Below are positions 1-8,730 of a stretch of DNA of 64,000 nucleotides, one piece after another; the first letter of the stretch is position 1, and every line of letters starts with the position of its first letter. Below the pieces are notes generated by a model. That model did no database searches and was not told the DNA's origin. It saw only the letters and a program-made list of their open reading frames with translations. The position numbers and the translations under genes were made by a program. Where the stretch lies: assembly GCA_965219685.1 (NCBI GenBank), contig CBDCOH010000002.1:864001-928000 (forward strand). The letters are read 5' to 3'. Origin of the DNA: Candidatus Spongiisociaceae bacterium. Lineage in GTDB: Bacteria; Actinomycetota; Acidimicrobiia; Spongiisociales; Spongiisociaceae.

Positions 1-1
1 G

Positions 2-163
2 CTGAGCCAACCGGTGGCCGTCCTGTTGGATGAAGACCAAGCGACTCTGGCCCTGGCAGGTTCCAGCGGCTTCAGGTGCTTCACCACGGTCGAAGACTTT
101 CGGAGATATGTGAGGACCGAGATAAACCCCTCGGGCGAAGGGCTGACGACCATCCAGTCTTGA
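2..163 (+). CDS. 3' end of a gene cut by the window edge; C-terminus resembles DUF262/DUF1524 (GmrSD-like) restriction proteins
   Basis: Frame 2 is open to TGA 161-163: LSQPVAVLLDEDQATLALAGSSGFRCFTTVEDFRRYVRTEINP. Family assignment is from recalled similarity only. Confidence 0.4.
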   Translation: MSQPVAVLLDEDQATLALAGSSGFRCFTTVEDFRRYVRTEINPSGEGLTTIQS

Positions 164-214
164 TCGATCTGGGCCGAGGGTGAAGAACGGCGCTACCGCT
201 ACTCCGTCGATGCG

Positions 215-355
215 TTGGTAAGGGCCCTCATTTGCTTCCATGGCTAGGAGATCGACAGTGAATCGGTCCAATTCTCGCATGATCCGCGCTCGCTGCGAAT
301 TGGTCATCCGCGGGAAGTCGCGCAGGAACGCGGCGGACTTCTTGTGGGTCGACAC
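215..355 (-). pseudogene. N-terminal fragment of a RelE-superfamily toxin
   Basis: GTG at 355 gives VSTHKKSAAFLRDFPRMTNSQRARIMRELDRFTVDL, like RelE N-termini (F-x-RD-x-x-x-L/M-T-x-x-Q). Similarity is then lost. Confidence 0.35.
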
Positions 356-423
356 TGTTGGGCGGTTAGCGGCTGGCCGGCTCCGGGGGTTGGGGGGCGA
401 GGCAGGCACGAAGGTGCCAACGG

Positions 424-451
424 AAAGGGACCCCGTGCGTTCCGGGGCCCC
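424..451 (-). terminator. Terminator-like hairpin of the putative sRNA
   Basis: GGGGCCCCG-GAACGCA-CGGGGUCCC followed by UUUCCGUU (9-bp stem, one G-U pair, short U run). Confidence 0.5.
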
Positions 452-507
452 ATCGCCGCCGCACTTCGGTTACATTCGGCTTGCGCCTACTAACCGAGCG
501 GACAGGC
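424..507 (-). ncRNA. Putative DUF3800-associated small structured RNA
   Basis: On the minus strand CCGCUCGGUUA (501-491) pairs with UAACCGA-agu-GCGG (472-459) and encloses a GGC-GCAA-GCC GNRA hairpin. A terminator-like stem follows and a promoter lies upstream. Confidence 0.55.
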
Positions 508-513
508 ATTGTC

Positions 514-542
514 ATCGTACCGGCCCGCCGATCGATCAGCAA
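514..542 (-). promoter_or_regulatory. Putative sigma-70/HrdB-type promoter for the sRNA
   Basis: TTGCTG (542-537) - 17 nt - TACGAT (519-514) on the minus strand. Confidence 0.5.
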
Positions 543-619
543 CCGGCATCCGCTCAGGCACGGCTCTGCTGAGTCCGGCTCTCTCCACGCACCAGGAGAT
601 CCCGCAGTACCAACGCGAC

Positions 620-1330
620 TCAGAACAACTCGATCTGAGTCGAATACGTACGTCCCCCGGATGTGATCAGACCTGGGCGCTCCGGCAGGGTTCGTGTGGC
701 CATCAGCCTACGGTCGATTCCAACCAGACGGACATCACCCTCAACTACCCGCCGGCGCACACCCGCGATCAGATCAGCGACCTGGATCGCCTGCGTCGTG
801 AGAGAGTTTGCGTAGTACACACTCGGGTGCAGAGGGAGGCGTCGCGAAGTCACGAAACTGCCAACGCACTTGCTGGCGTGCGCGTCGTCGTGGTGGTTTG
901 ACCAGTCGGAGACAATCAGCCCCGTCTCTCGGTGTTCGGCACACTCGATAGCGAAGTGCTCGACGAGCGCTTGGAGTTGTAGCGGCATTGTGGTCTTCAG
1001 CGTCATCGGGTGATGCATGCGCCGCTTGTTAATGCTGACCGTATAGACCGTGCCTCCCGACTCCCGGATGATCCGAATGGTCTCGTCCACGAAGTCGCGG
1101 TTCTTTCGGCGCCTCCATGGGTTGGGCTTGATGAGGTAATACGACTTTAGCTCCCACAACGCTGGATCACTGTGACCCGGATAGAACCTGGCCTTGGCCC
1201 CGGCCATCCTCCGACTGAGAGCCGGTACCTGAGCGGACGGTATCGAGAACCCGCCGATTACCAGCGCCTTCGATGGGTGGCTCTGCTCCGGTTTGCCCGA
1301 ATCGTCGAGGAACAGCACACGCGAACTCAA
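620..1330 (-). CDS. DUF3800 family protein (predicted RNase H-like fold)
   Basis: N-terminal LFLDDSG and C-terminal IQVADLIAG motifs typical of DUF3800; GGAGG SD upstream. Confidence 0.8.
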   Translation of the reverse strand: MSSRVLFLDDSGKPEQSHPSKALVIGGFSIPSAQVPALSRRMAGAKARFYPGHSDPALWELKSYYLIKPNPWRRRKNRDFVDETIRIIRESGGTVYTVSINKRRMHHPMTLKTTMPLQLQALVEHFAIECAEHRETGLIVSDWSNHHDDAHASKCVGSFVTSRRLPLHPSVYYANSLTTQAIQVADLIAGVRRRVVEGDVRLVGIDRRLMATRTLPERPGLITSGGRTYSTQIELF

Positions 1331-1546
1331 GAATCTCCCTCCTCCGCGCGACTCTCATAACCGTCGCGGTCGAGCGTTTGCTCGCTAACTTCAATTGGAT
1401 CGGACACGACCACGGTGATTGCCCTACCCGACGGTCTACCCCAACTTGTGCAGCTTCCACTAACTTAACCTCACCTAGGCCAACTAAGAACCCTTCCGTT
1501 GCACGCCCACAGGAACTTGAGATAAATGATCGGTTGTGCTGGGTCA

Positions 1547-1830
1547 GTGCGGGAGGTCGAGTACGCGAACGAGTTCGGCGAATTGGTGGGACACCTTGGC
1601 GGTGAAGCAGCAGGAAGCCCTTGAGGACCGGGTCGGGCTCCTGGCAGACCACGGCCCAACGCTGAGACGCCCGGTGGTAGGCGCGATAGGGTTCCCGTCA
1701 ACATGAAGGAATTGCGGCCATCGGCTGGGCGCTGCTCGCTGAGGGTGCGTTTTTCGACCCTCGGCGGCAGGTGATCCCTCTTTGGGCGGCGACAAGTCTG
1801 GCCGGTGGAACAACTGGTGGTTGGAGAGTG
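1547..1830 (+). pseudogene. Frameshifted RelE/HigB (Gp49-like) toxin
   Basis: Pieces in different frames: EVEYANEFGE / WWDTLAVKQQEALEDRVGLLADHGPTLRRP / NMKELR / FDPRRQ / GGDKSGRW. No partner antitoxin follows. Confidence 0.7.
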
Positions 1831-1833
1831 CCG

Positions 1834-2838
1834 TTACACGCCGGCCGCGTGTTCGTAGGCTTCGCTCAGGGCCTCGAGCAATTCCTCGCTGATGTTCCGG
1901 GTCGTACTCCCTTGACCGACTCGGATTCCGGCCAGTCCTTCGATACGATCGATGAAGTCGGGAGCCTTCTTCTTGAAGACACTGCGCCAGAACTGGATGT
2001 AGGCTCCTCTGTCGTTCCAGATCGTGACAAGACCCACATTCTCGACCACAAGTCGTGGCAGAAGGGTGAACCGCTTGGCTCCCTTGCCCTCGTAGGTCGA
2101 GAGATTCACGAACCCACGCTCCTCGATGCTGCGAGCCCATTGCAGGAGATCGTGCAATGATTCGTGACTGTTACGGGGTGCCTGGGCGATGCTCTCCTCG
2201 AATCTCTCGCTCCCGGGAAAGAGGGTGCCGGACTCCCCCCGGCGTTTGGCCCTGCCGGTTGCTTCGCGCTGAGGATCGAGCAGCCATGTCCGAGCGAGGT
2301 ACTCGCGATCGCCGTCCTGGAAGTGGCGGAAGAAGACCGCGTTGATGGGGACGCCGTAGGACTCTGAGAGGAACTCGACGATACGATCAGATGTCGGATC
2401 GAGTTCGGACGCGATGATCGTGAACTGCTGATCGGCATTGACGACATCCGGCAATGAGGTTCCGAATCGCCCGGCGAAGGCCCCGGCGAGGTCTGTGTCG
2501 TCGTCATGGTGGTCGACGTAGATCTGCTCCAAGTCGTCGAAGCCCAGTTTCTGCACCCAGGACCCGTAGTCGAGCGTCTGGGCAACGACGTCTCGAGGGG
2601 TCCGATCGCGCTTGAGCTCGAGAACATGGACGCGACCGTCCGCGTCGAGCGCCAGAAGGTCGATGTATCCGCCGTACTCCGTCCGTACCTGCCTTCCGAT
2701 GACGAGCAGGTCCATACCACTCATGCCGGGGTCCTCGGCGAGCATGTCCTCGAGACGTTCCTCCAGATCGAGCGGGAGCAGCGCCAACCGGCGCGGCCCG
2801 GCATCTGTCATCCGCCAGATCGCCATTTCTACTGCCAA
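1834..2838 (-). CDS. NucS/EndoMS-like (DUF91) PD-(D/E)XK endonuclease with extra C-terminal domain
   Basis: EERLED...GRQVRTEYGGYIDLLALDADGRVHVLELKR...VVAQTLDY. TTG start at 2838 after GAGGAGG. Confidence 0.8.
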   Translation of the reverse strand: MAVEMAIWRMTDAGPRRLALLPLDLEERLEDMLAEDPGMSGMDLLVIGRQVRTEYGGYIDLLALDADGRVHVLELKRDRTPRDVVAQTLDYGSWVQKLGFDDLEQIYVDHHDDDTDLAGAFAGRFGTSLPDVVNADQQFTIIASELDPTSDRIVEFLSESYGVPINAVFFRHFQDGDREYLARTWLLDPQREATGRAKRRGESGTLFPGSERFEESIAQAPRNSHESLHDLLQWARSIEERGFVNLSTYEGKGAKRFTLLPRLVVENVGLVTIWNDRGAYIQFWRSVFKKKAPDFIDRIEGLAGIRVGQGSTTRNISEELLEALSEAYEHAAGV

Positions 2839-2964
2839 TTGAATCCTCCTCTTCACCGGAGCCAACATGATGCCGTTCGGTTGTGACACTCCCCCGGCGC
2901 TCACTCACCAACCGTGCGAGGGTTCAGATCTGCCGCGGCCGGTGATGGCTACAGTACGCAGCCG

Positions 2965-3750
2965 ATGGTGACCTCCAAGCCTACGACCCACTCCACTCAC
3001 GAGGACTCCGGCTTCCTCACGGCTACGGGCCTCTGCAAGAGCTTCGACGACGCACTGGTAGTCGACGATGTCTCTTTCTCGATCGGACGGCAGGAGATCT
3101 TTGGCCTGTTGGGTCCCAACGGGGCTGGCAAGACGACCACGATCAGGATGCTGTCCACCGTGCTGGCACCCGATGCGGGTGACGTGACCATCGGCGGCCA
3201 CTCAGTGCTGCGGGAGGCGGACGAGGTGCGGAAGATCATCGGCGTCTGCCCCCAGGAGCTTGCCCTATACCAGGAGTTGTCGGCCCGGGACAATCTCGTC
3301 TTCTTCGGACGGATGGCGGGACTCGGCCGTAGGGAGGCGAAGGATGCCGCCGCCGAGAACCTGGGGTTCGTCGGGCTGCTCGACCGGGCGTCGGACCCCG
3401 TGCGGAAGTTCTCCGGGGGCATGAAGCGGCGGGTCAACATCGCGGTGGCCCTGATGAGCAGGCCCCAGCTCCTGTTCCTGGACGAGCCCACGGTGGGAGT
3501 CGACCCGCAGTCGCGTAACCACATCTTCGAGACGATCCTGCGGCTCCGGGACGAGGGCATGACCCTGCTCTACACCACGCACTACATGGAGGAGGCCGAC
3601 CGGCTGTGCGACAGCATCGGTGTGATCGACCACGGCCGGCTCATCGCGCTGGACACGCCCGTGGGGCTCAAGTCCGCGATCGGCGATCCTGACGAAGTCA
3701 CATTGGAGCAGGTCTTCCTCAACCTCACGGGCCGCAGTCTCCGCGACTGA
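2965..3750 (+). CDS. ABC-2/DrrA-type exporter ATP-binding subunit
   Basis: GPNGAGKTT, FSGGMKRR, LDEPT, TTHYMEEA. Confidence 0.95.
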   Translation: MVTSKPTTHSTHEDSGFLTATGLCKSFDDALVVDDVSFSIGRQEIFGLLGPNGAGKTTTIRMLSTVLAPDAGDVTIGGHSVLREADEVRKIIGVCPQELALYQELSARDNLVFFGRMAGLGRREAKDAAAENLGFVGLLDRASDPVRKFSGGMKRRVNIAVALMSRPQLLFLDEPTVGVDPQSRNHIFETILRLRDEGMTLLYTTHYMEEADRLCDSIGVIDHGRLIALDTPVGLKSAIGDPDEVTLEQVFLNLTGRSLRD

Positions 3751-3751
3751 C

Positions 3752-4921
3752 ATGCTCCGCCCACTTTCCATTGCCTGGATCGAGCTGAAGAGGTTCGGCG
3801 CCGACCGTGGCGCCCTCGCCTTCGGCATAGCCCTCCCCGTCGCCCTCTTCGCGCTGATGTACGGCGCGTTCGGCCAGGGCGTGTCCTTCAGCGCGACGGC
3901 GAGCGTGGTCGACTTGGACGGCGGCTCCGTCGCCGCCGAGTTGATCGACCGCGTCTCCGCAGTCGACGGGATGGTGGTGGAGATGCTCACCGAAGCGGAG
4001 GCCGACGAGGCGCTGGACCGCTCGCAGATCCTGACGGCGGTGTTCATCCCCGCCGGGTTCTCGGACAGGCTGGAGGCGGGCGAGCCGGCGTCGGTGCTCT
4101 TCAAGCGACGCGGCTCAGGAGGGGAAACGGGCCAGATCGTCTCGCAGATCGTGCAGGGCGTCGCTCAGGACATTGCCGCCGAGTACGAGATACGCGAGCT
4201 GGTGCGAAGCCGGCTCGACGGCACTGGCGTCCCGGAGGCCGAGATCGTGGCAACGGTCGGGACCCTGATGGAACAGGCCGGCGTTGCGCCCGCCATCGCG
4301 GTCGAGATCCGAGCGGTAGGCGAGGAAGCGAACGTGCTGGACAGGCTCATCCCGGGCGTGCTGACGATGTTCCTGATGTTCGCCGCCACCATCTCCGCGG
4401 CATCGATCATCGTGGAGCGCAATGCGGGGACGCTGGAGCGTCTTCTCACGACCCGGCTCTCGGTGAACCAACTCTTCGTGGGCAAGTTCCTGGCGAGCAC
4501 CGGAAGAGCGATGGTGCAGGCCCTGATACTCCTCTCCCTGGCTTTTGCCGTCCTCAGGGTGGGCGACGCCGCCACGTTCGTGCAGGTGGTGGCATTCAGC
4601 CTGCTGATCGCGGCGGCGGTCAGCTCACTCGGCCTTGTGGTCGCGGGCCTCGCCCGGACCGAGGACCAGGCGACATGGGGGTCGGTCTTCCTGACCATGA
4701 CCCTGACCGTCTTCAGCGGCACCTTCGTCAGCGTGGGAGAGACGGGAGTCATGGCATTCCTGAGCAAGCTCACCCCGAACAAGTACGCCATCGACGCCAT
4801 GGGCGACATCCTCGCGGGAAGCGGCGGGCTGGCCGGACAGGGGCCGGAAGCCGCCATCCTGGGAGGTATCGCAGTGATCGGCTTCGTCGTGGCCCGCGTG
4901 GCCTTCCGCACGGCGCAGTAG
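3752..4921 (+). CDS. ABC-2 type permease
   Basis: N-terminal TM helix, extracytoplasmic domain, ERNAGTLERLLTT motif, C-terminal TM helices. Confidence 0.92.
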   Translation: MLRPLSIAWIELKRFGADRGALAFGIALPVALFALMYGAFGQGVSFSATASVVDLDGGSVAAELIDRVSAVDGMVVEMLTEAEADEALDRSQILTAVFIPAGFSDRLEAGEPASVLFKRRGSGGETGQIVSQIVQGVAQDIAAEYEIRELVRSRLDGTGVPEAEIVATVGTLMEQAGVAPAIAVEIRAVGEEANVLDRLIPGVLTMFLMFAATISAASIIVERNAGTLERLLTTRLSVNQLFVGKFLASTGRAMVQALILLSLAFAVLRVGDAATFVQVVAFSLLIAAAVSSLGLVVAGLARTEDQATWGSVFLTMTLTVFSGTFVSVGETGVMAFLSKLTPNKYAIDAMGDILAGSGGLAGQGPEAAILGGIAVIGFVVARVAFRTAQ

Positions 4922-4934
4922 GGGGAACGTCGAC

Positions 4935-6116
4935 TTGAGACTCGTTCTGAGGCAGTCGCTCATCATTGCCGCGAAGGACACGCGGGTGTTCCTCAAGGAC
5001 TGGTTCGGACTCGGGTTCGCCCTGCTCTTCCCGCTCATGTTCGTGCTCGGCTTCTCCCTCGCGCTGCGCAACATCGGCCCCGGAGACGAGCGGCTCACGA
5101 TCACTGTCGCGACCCAGGAGGAGGAAGGGGTAAGCCGCCAGATCATCGAGGCGCTCGCCGAGGAGAGCATCGTCGACCTGACCGTGATGGAGTACGGCGC
5201 GGCAGTCCGGGCCGTGGAGGATGGGGACATCGGAGGGTTCGTCGCGTTCCCCTCCGACTTCACGTCCGACCTGCAAGGAGGCCGTCCCACGAAGCTGGAG
5301 GTCGTCGCACAGATCGGCGACCCGGAAAGGGAAGCCGCGCTCCTCGGGTTCGCGAACGCCGTGGCAGCGGCCTCCTCCAACACGAGGATCGCCGTCCAGG
5401 CCATCGTGGAGCTTGCCGGCGGGGAGGCCTTGCCACAGGACATGGCGGCGTTCGGACGGGACAGCGACCTGCTCCGCTTCGGGACCGAGCAGATCGGCCC
5501 CGTGGAGGCGTTCAACGCCGGTGACTTCACCGTGCCCGGCTACCTCACGATGTTCGTGTTCTTCGCCGCGGCCCTGGCCGCCGAGGCGATCACGAGGGAG
5601 CGGGCGAACCACACGATGGAGCGGCTGATGGCCAACGGCACCCGGCGCGAGTCGGTCGTGGTCGGCAAGTACCTGGGCTCCGTCTACCGGGGCGCGATGC
5701 AACTCGCCGTGCTCTGGGGGGTCGGCCTCGTCGCCTTCCGCATCGACCTCGGCTTCTCCCCCGCCGCCGTCATCCTGGTCTCCGTGCTGATGGTGCTGAC
5801 CTCGGCAGCCTTCGGTGTGATGCTGGCAGGCCTGGTTCGCACTACGGCCAGCGCCAGCTCGGCGGCCGTGCTGGCGTCGCTGGTGCTCGCCCCCATCGGG
5901 GGCTGCTGGTGGCCGCTGTTCGTCACTCCCGAGTGGATGCAGACCCTGGCGAGGATCACCCCGCACGGCTGGGCGAACACGGCCTTCAACAAGCTGATGC
6001 TCTTCGGGGCCGGGGGCGGCGACGTGGTCCTGGAAGTGGCGGCCCTGGCCGGCTTCGGCGCCGTCTTCCTGGCCATCGCCTTCATGCGGTTCCGCCTGTC
6101 CCCCGGCGCGTCCTGA
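4935..6116 (+). CDS. ABC-2 type permease
   Basis: ERANHTMERLMA, GKYLG, LAPIGGCWWP, TPHGWA motifs. Confidence 0.92.
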   Translation: MRLVLRQSLIIAAKDTRVFLKDWFGLGFALLFPLMFVLGFSLALRNIGPGDERLTITVATQEEEGVSRQIIEALAEESIVDLTVMEYGAAVRAVEDGDIGGFVAFPSDFTSDLQGGRPTKLEVVAQIGDPEREAALLGFANAVAAASSNTRIAVQAIVELAGGEALPQDMAAFGRDSDLLRFGTEQIGPVEAFNAGDFTVPGYLTMFVFFAAALAAEAITRERANHTMERLMANGTRRESVVVGKYLGSVYRGAMQLAVLWGVGLVAFRIDLGFSPAAVILVSVLMVLTSAAFGVMLAGLVRTTASASSAAVLASLVLAPIGGCWWPLFVTPEWMQTLARITPHGWANTAFNKLMLFGAGGGDVVLEVAALAGFGAVFLAIAFMRFRLSPGAS

Positions 6117-6179
6117 CCGCCAGACTCGACCACTACGAACGCATGACAACCCAGCATCGCTCGCGGCGATTCGGGCTTG
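5788..6179 (+). repeat. Direct repeat copy 1 (~390 bp; permease 3' end plus downstream sequence)
   Basis: Colinear with 7708-8098 at an offset of about 1920. Confidence 0.9.
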
Positions 6180-6449
6180 ACCACGTCTCCCCTACCTTCG
6201 GGATCCGGCGTGACCATGTGTCCATGCCGTGCTGGTTGGCCGGAAGGAGCTAAGCCTCGGGCACCGGCAGGAGGGTCATGCTGGTGGCGAGTCCGGGACC
6301 GTACGGCTAGCTTCCTACCTACGATGTCCGTTCCTGCTGTCCCCCAGATCATCGACGGGATTGAATTCGAGTTCACCGAGGACGGGAACTGGATACAAAG
6401 CGCTACCGGGCAGCGGAGCTGCCGGAGGTGTTAGCGCGCGATCGTGGTG

Positions 6450-6535
6450 TGCCGCGTGCTGGGGAAAACGTATCTGGCGGGTGAGTTGATCCGCGAGGCG
6501 GCGTTGGATCGTCGGCAGCGCGTGCTGGTTTTGCG
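6450..6535 (+). pseudogene. Fragment of an SF2/SNF2-like helicase (motif I region)
   Basis: LGKTYLAGELIREAALDRRQRVLV covers Walker A to motif Ia; the rest of the gene is absent. Confidence 0.5.
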
Positions 6536-6701
6536 CCAGTCGGCGCGGGCTTGCCTGTCGCGCCGTCGGTCAGGTTGTCGAAATGTTTGTTGTTGGACAC
6601 CAGTCTCCCGGCGTCAGCCTCCGAAGAGGATGCCTCGGATTGTTGACAAGGTGTCGGGCGACGCGAATGCGCATGGACAACAACGCACCACCACGGTGCG
6701 A

Positions 6702-6916
6702 CTACGCATCGAACCATTCTTCACGGGATATGTCTGCCTGCCGGAGTAACTCGCCGAGCAACCTCGGCCCGATCTCTTTCTGGTTGGGGATCCTCAGCTT
6801 CTGGCGTCCTTGTTGCATGTAGGCGTGCTTTGCACCAGGGAATGGTCCCTCAAAACCGAAACGGTTAACTTCCGGATGAAGATGCGACGGCTCACCGGCG
6901 TGAGTCGTCGCTTTAC
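6702..6916 (-). pseudogene. hicA: Frameshifted HicA toxin
   Basis: KRRLTPVSRRIFIRKL then a frameshift near 6866 to RFGFEGPFPGAKHAYM...LRIPN...LLGELLRQADIS. No canonical start at the hicB overlap (GTAA). Confidence 0.7.
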
Positions 6917-7182
6917 CGCGCCTGGAGCCTGATCCCGCCGAACGAAGGTATGTCGTCATCTCCGTCGGCCAGTTTCAGGGTCGCCCAATCGACGAGGACC
7001 TCCTTCAGAACCACCATTGCTTCGTCAACCGTGGGTTCGCACGCCCACGCGCCCCGAGCGGCGGGAACGCTAGCGAAGTAGCCTTCTTCGTCGAGCGACT
7101 TGACCTCAACTTCATTCAAGGCTGCGGTGGACCACTGTTTGGTGAGCCTGGCGTCGTCGAGTGCCTGCCTGGCTAGGACCAT
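6913..7182 (-). CDS. hicB: HicB-like antitoxin
   Basis: EEGYFASVPAARGAWACEPTVDEAMVVLKEVLVDW...IP is the HicB N-terminal fold; directly upstream of the hicA remnant. Confidence 0.7.
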   Translation of the reverse strand: MVLARQALDDARLTKQWSTAALNEVEVKSLDEEGYFASVPAARGAWACEPTVDEAMVVLKEVLVDWATLKLADGDDDIPSFGGIRLQAR

Positions 7183-7214
7183 ATCCGAATCCAGTCTCTT
7201 GCCGGGTGATGAGT

Positions 7215-7708
7215 TTACTGGCTCATCGGATTTCGGCGGGGAGTGACCGTGGCGAGTAGGTCCCAGTCGGGCTTGCCCGCGTACAGGAGAGCCCGGATTC
7301 GGAAGTTCGCGAAGTTCCGGAACCCGAACGCTGCCCGCTTGACGCGTTTGATCAGGTTGTAGCGTATCTCGGTGGGTCCGTTCGTCACCTTGGAGATGTT
7401 GCCAGTTGGTGATCTGAGCGGACCAGCGGCTGATGGTACGACCGAGTTGGTTGATCTCCGGCGGACAGGAATCGTCCTGGAGGTCATCGGCGAGTTGGAG
7501 GGTGTATTGGAGTCCGCGGGCTGGGCTGTCAATGTCGCGGTTGCCCCGTACGGTTTCGGTGGCGTGCCAGCCGGTGCGTACCTCGCCGTGGGGCTTGCCG
7601 GCGTCGAGGAGGCCACGGAGGCGGACCCGACCGCGGTCGCTGATACGTTCGGATGCAGCCTTGAGGAGGCGCCGTGCCCCATACAGCGGGTCGCCTTTGC
7701 GCCCCGAT
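7215..7708 (-). mobile_element. ISL3-family IS remnant (transposase 3' third and right end)
   Basis: GRKGDPLYGARRLL...EINQLGRTISRW...ITNW then frameshift to NGPTE...NLIKRVKRAAFGFRNFANFRIRALLYAGKPDW. ISL3-like GGCTCA end at about 7220. Confidence 0.85.
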
Positions 7709-8098
7709 GATGGTGTTCACCTCGGCAGCCTTCGGCGTGATGCTGGCAGCCCTGGTGCGCACAACGGCCGGCGCCAGTTCGGCGGCCGTGCTGGCGTCGC
7801 TGGTGCTCGCCCCAGTCGGCGGCTGCTGGTGGCCTCTGTTCGTCACGCCCGAGTGGATGCAGACCCTGGCGAGGCTCACGCCGCACGGCTGGGCGAACAC
7901 GGCCTTCAAAAGCTGATGCTCTTCGGCGCGGAAGGCGGCGACGTGGTCCTGGAAGTGGCGGCCCTGGCCGCCTTCGGCATGGTGTTCCTGGCCATCGCCT
8001 TCGTGCGGTTCCGCCTGTCACCCAGCGCGCCCTGACCGTCAGGCTCGACCACCACAAACGCATGACAACCTCGCACCGGTCGCGGCGATCCGGGCTTG
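7708..8098 (+). pseudogene. Diverged duplicate of the ABC permease 3' end (direct repeat copy 2)
   Basis: Same text as 5788-6179 with substitutions and a 1-bp deletion (ttcaaaagctg vs ttcaacaagctg). Confidence 0.9.
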
Positions 8099-8176
8099 CA
8101 TACTGTGTATCTCAGTTAGCTACTATAATATCTAAACAGGCTTTTCCGAGCTATACCTGAGTATCCTTCCGGAAGC

Positions 8177-8198
8177 ATATGCCGATTAGTTGGCATAT
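8177..8198. promoter_or_regulatory. Inverted repeat, possible operator
   Basis: ATATGCC...GGCATAT upstream of the ATPase remnant; TATAAT at 8124-8129. Confidence 0.35.
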
Positions 8199-8269
8199 CC
8201 AACGCCGATAAAGTGGCACATTCGTCCGACGTGGTCGGTATATGACAGATCGCGAGGAGGGACATTCAG

Positions 8270-8492
8270 GTGGTTTCGGACACGATCGCGCCTTCCGGCT
8301 ACCTACCCAGAGTCGTGGACGGGCAAATGCATCCGCCTTGGGGACGATGCCCGCCGCCGTAGTGGAGGGCCCCGAGTCGATAGCACCTCTCTAGGATCCC
8401 CGTCTCGGCTGATCGTGGTCACCGCCACCGGCTACGCGTTCGAGCGTCCCGACGGGGTCTGCGTTATCCCCATCACCTCCCTCGGGCCATGA
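8270..8492 (+). pseudogene. AAA_14/DUF4143 ATPase with a large internal deletion
   Basis: SD GAGGAGG. N-terminus GYLPRVVD...VVEGPR is joined directly to the C-terminus LIVVTATGYAFERPDGVCVIPITSLGP. Confidence 0.65.
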
Positions 8493-8559
8493 ATCACATC
8501 CGGATTGGATGTGACCCGCTACCTGCCGGGGTGCGGTTGGTTGGAGGGCGTACCATCTG

Positions 8560-8730
8560 TGGTATCTTTGGGGGTGATCCGGCCGGACGGCCGGTTGGTG
8601 GGTTCATAGACGTGTCTTGGTTCTTTCCGTCATCCTGAGCCAACCCTGGGAGATTGTCCGAATATCGATCATCCCTTCGTTCCACTGACGAACCCACGGA
8701 TTCGCTCGCGTGAAGCGGGCAAGGAGACCA
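8560..8730 (+). promoter_or_regulatory. Promoter and structured 5' leader of the DEAD-box helicase
   Basis: TGGTATCTT extended -10. GTGGGTTC (8598-8605)/GAACCCAC (8690-8697) and TTGGTTC/GAGCCAA stems, plus a GCTCGC/GCGGGC hairpin abutting the AAGGAG SD. Confidence 0.45.

Noticed and set aside
6177-6434. Short ORF ending IDGIEFEFTEDGNWIQ
   Set aside because: May be a gene relic but cannot be assigned to any family.
7215-8063. 282-aa ORF as an intact transposase
   Set aside because: It is a chimera of antisense permease sequence and out-of-frame ISL3 text; only the last ~60 aa are in the transposase frame.
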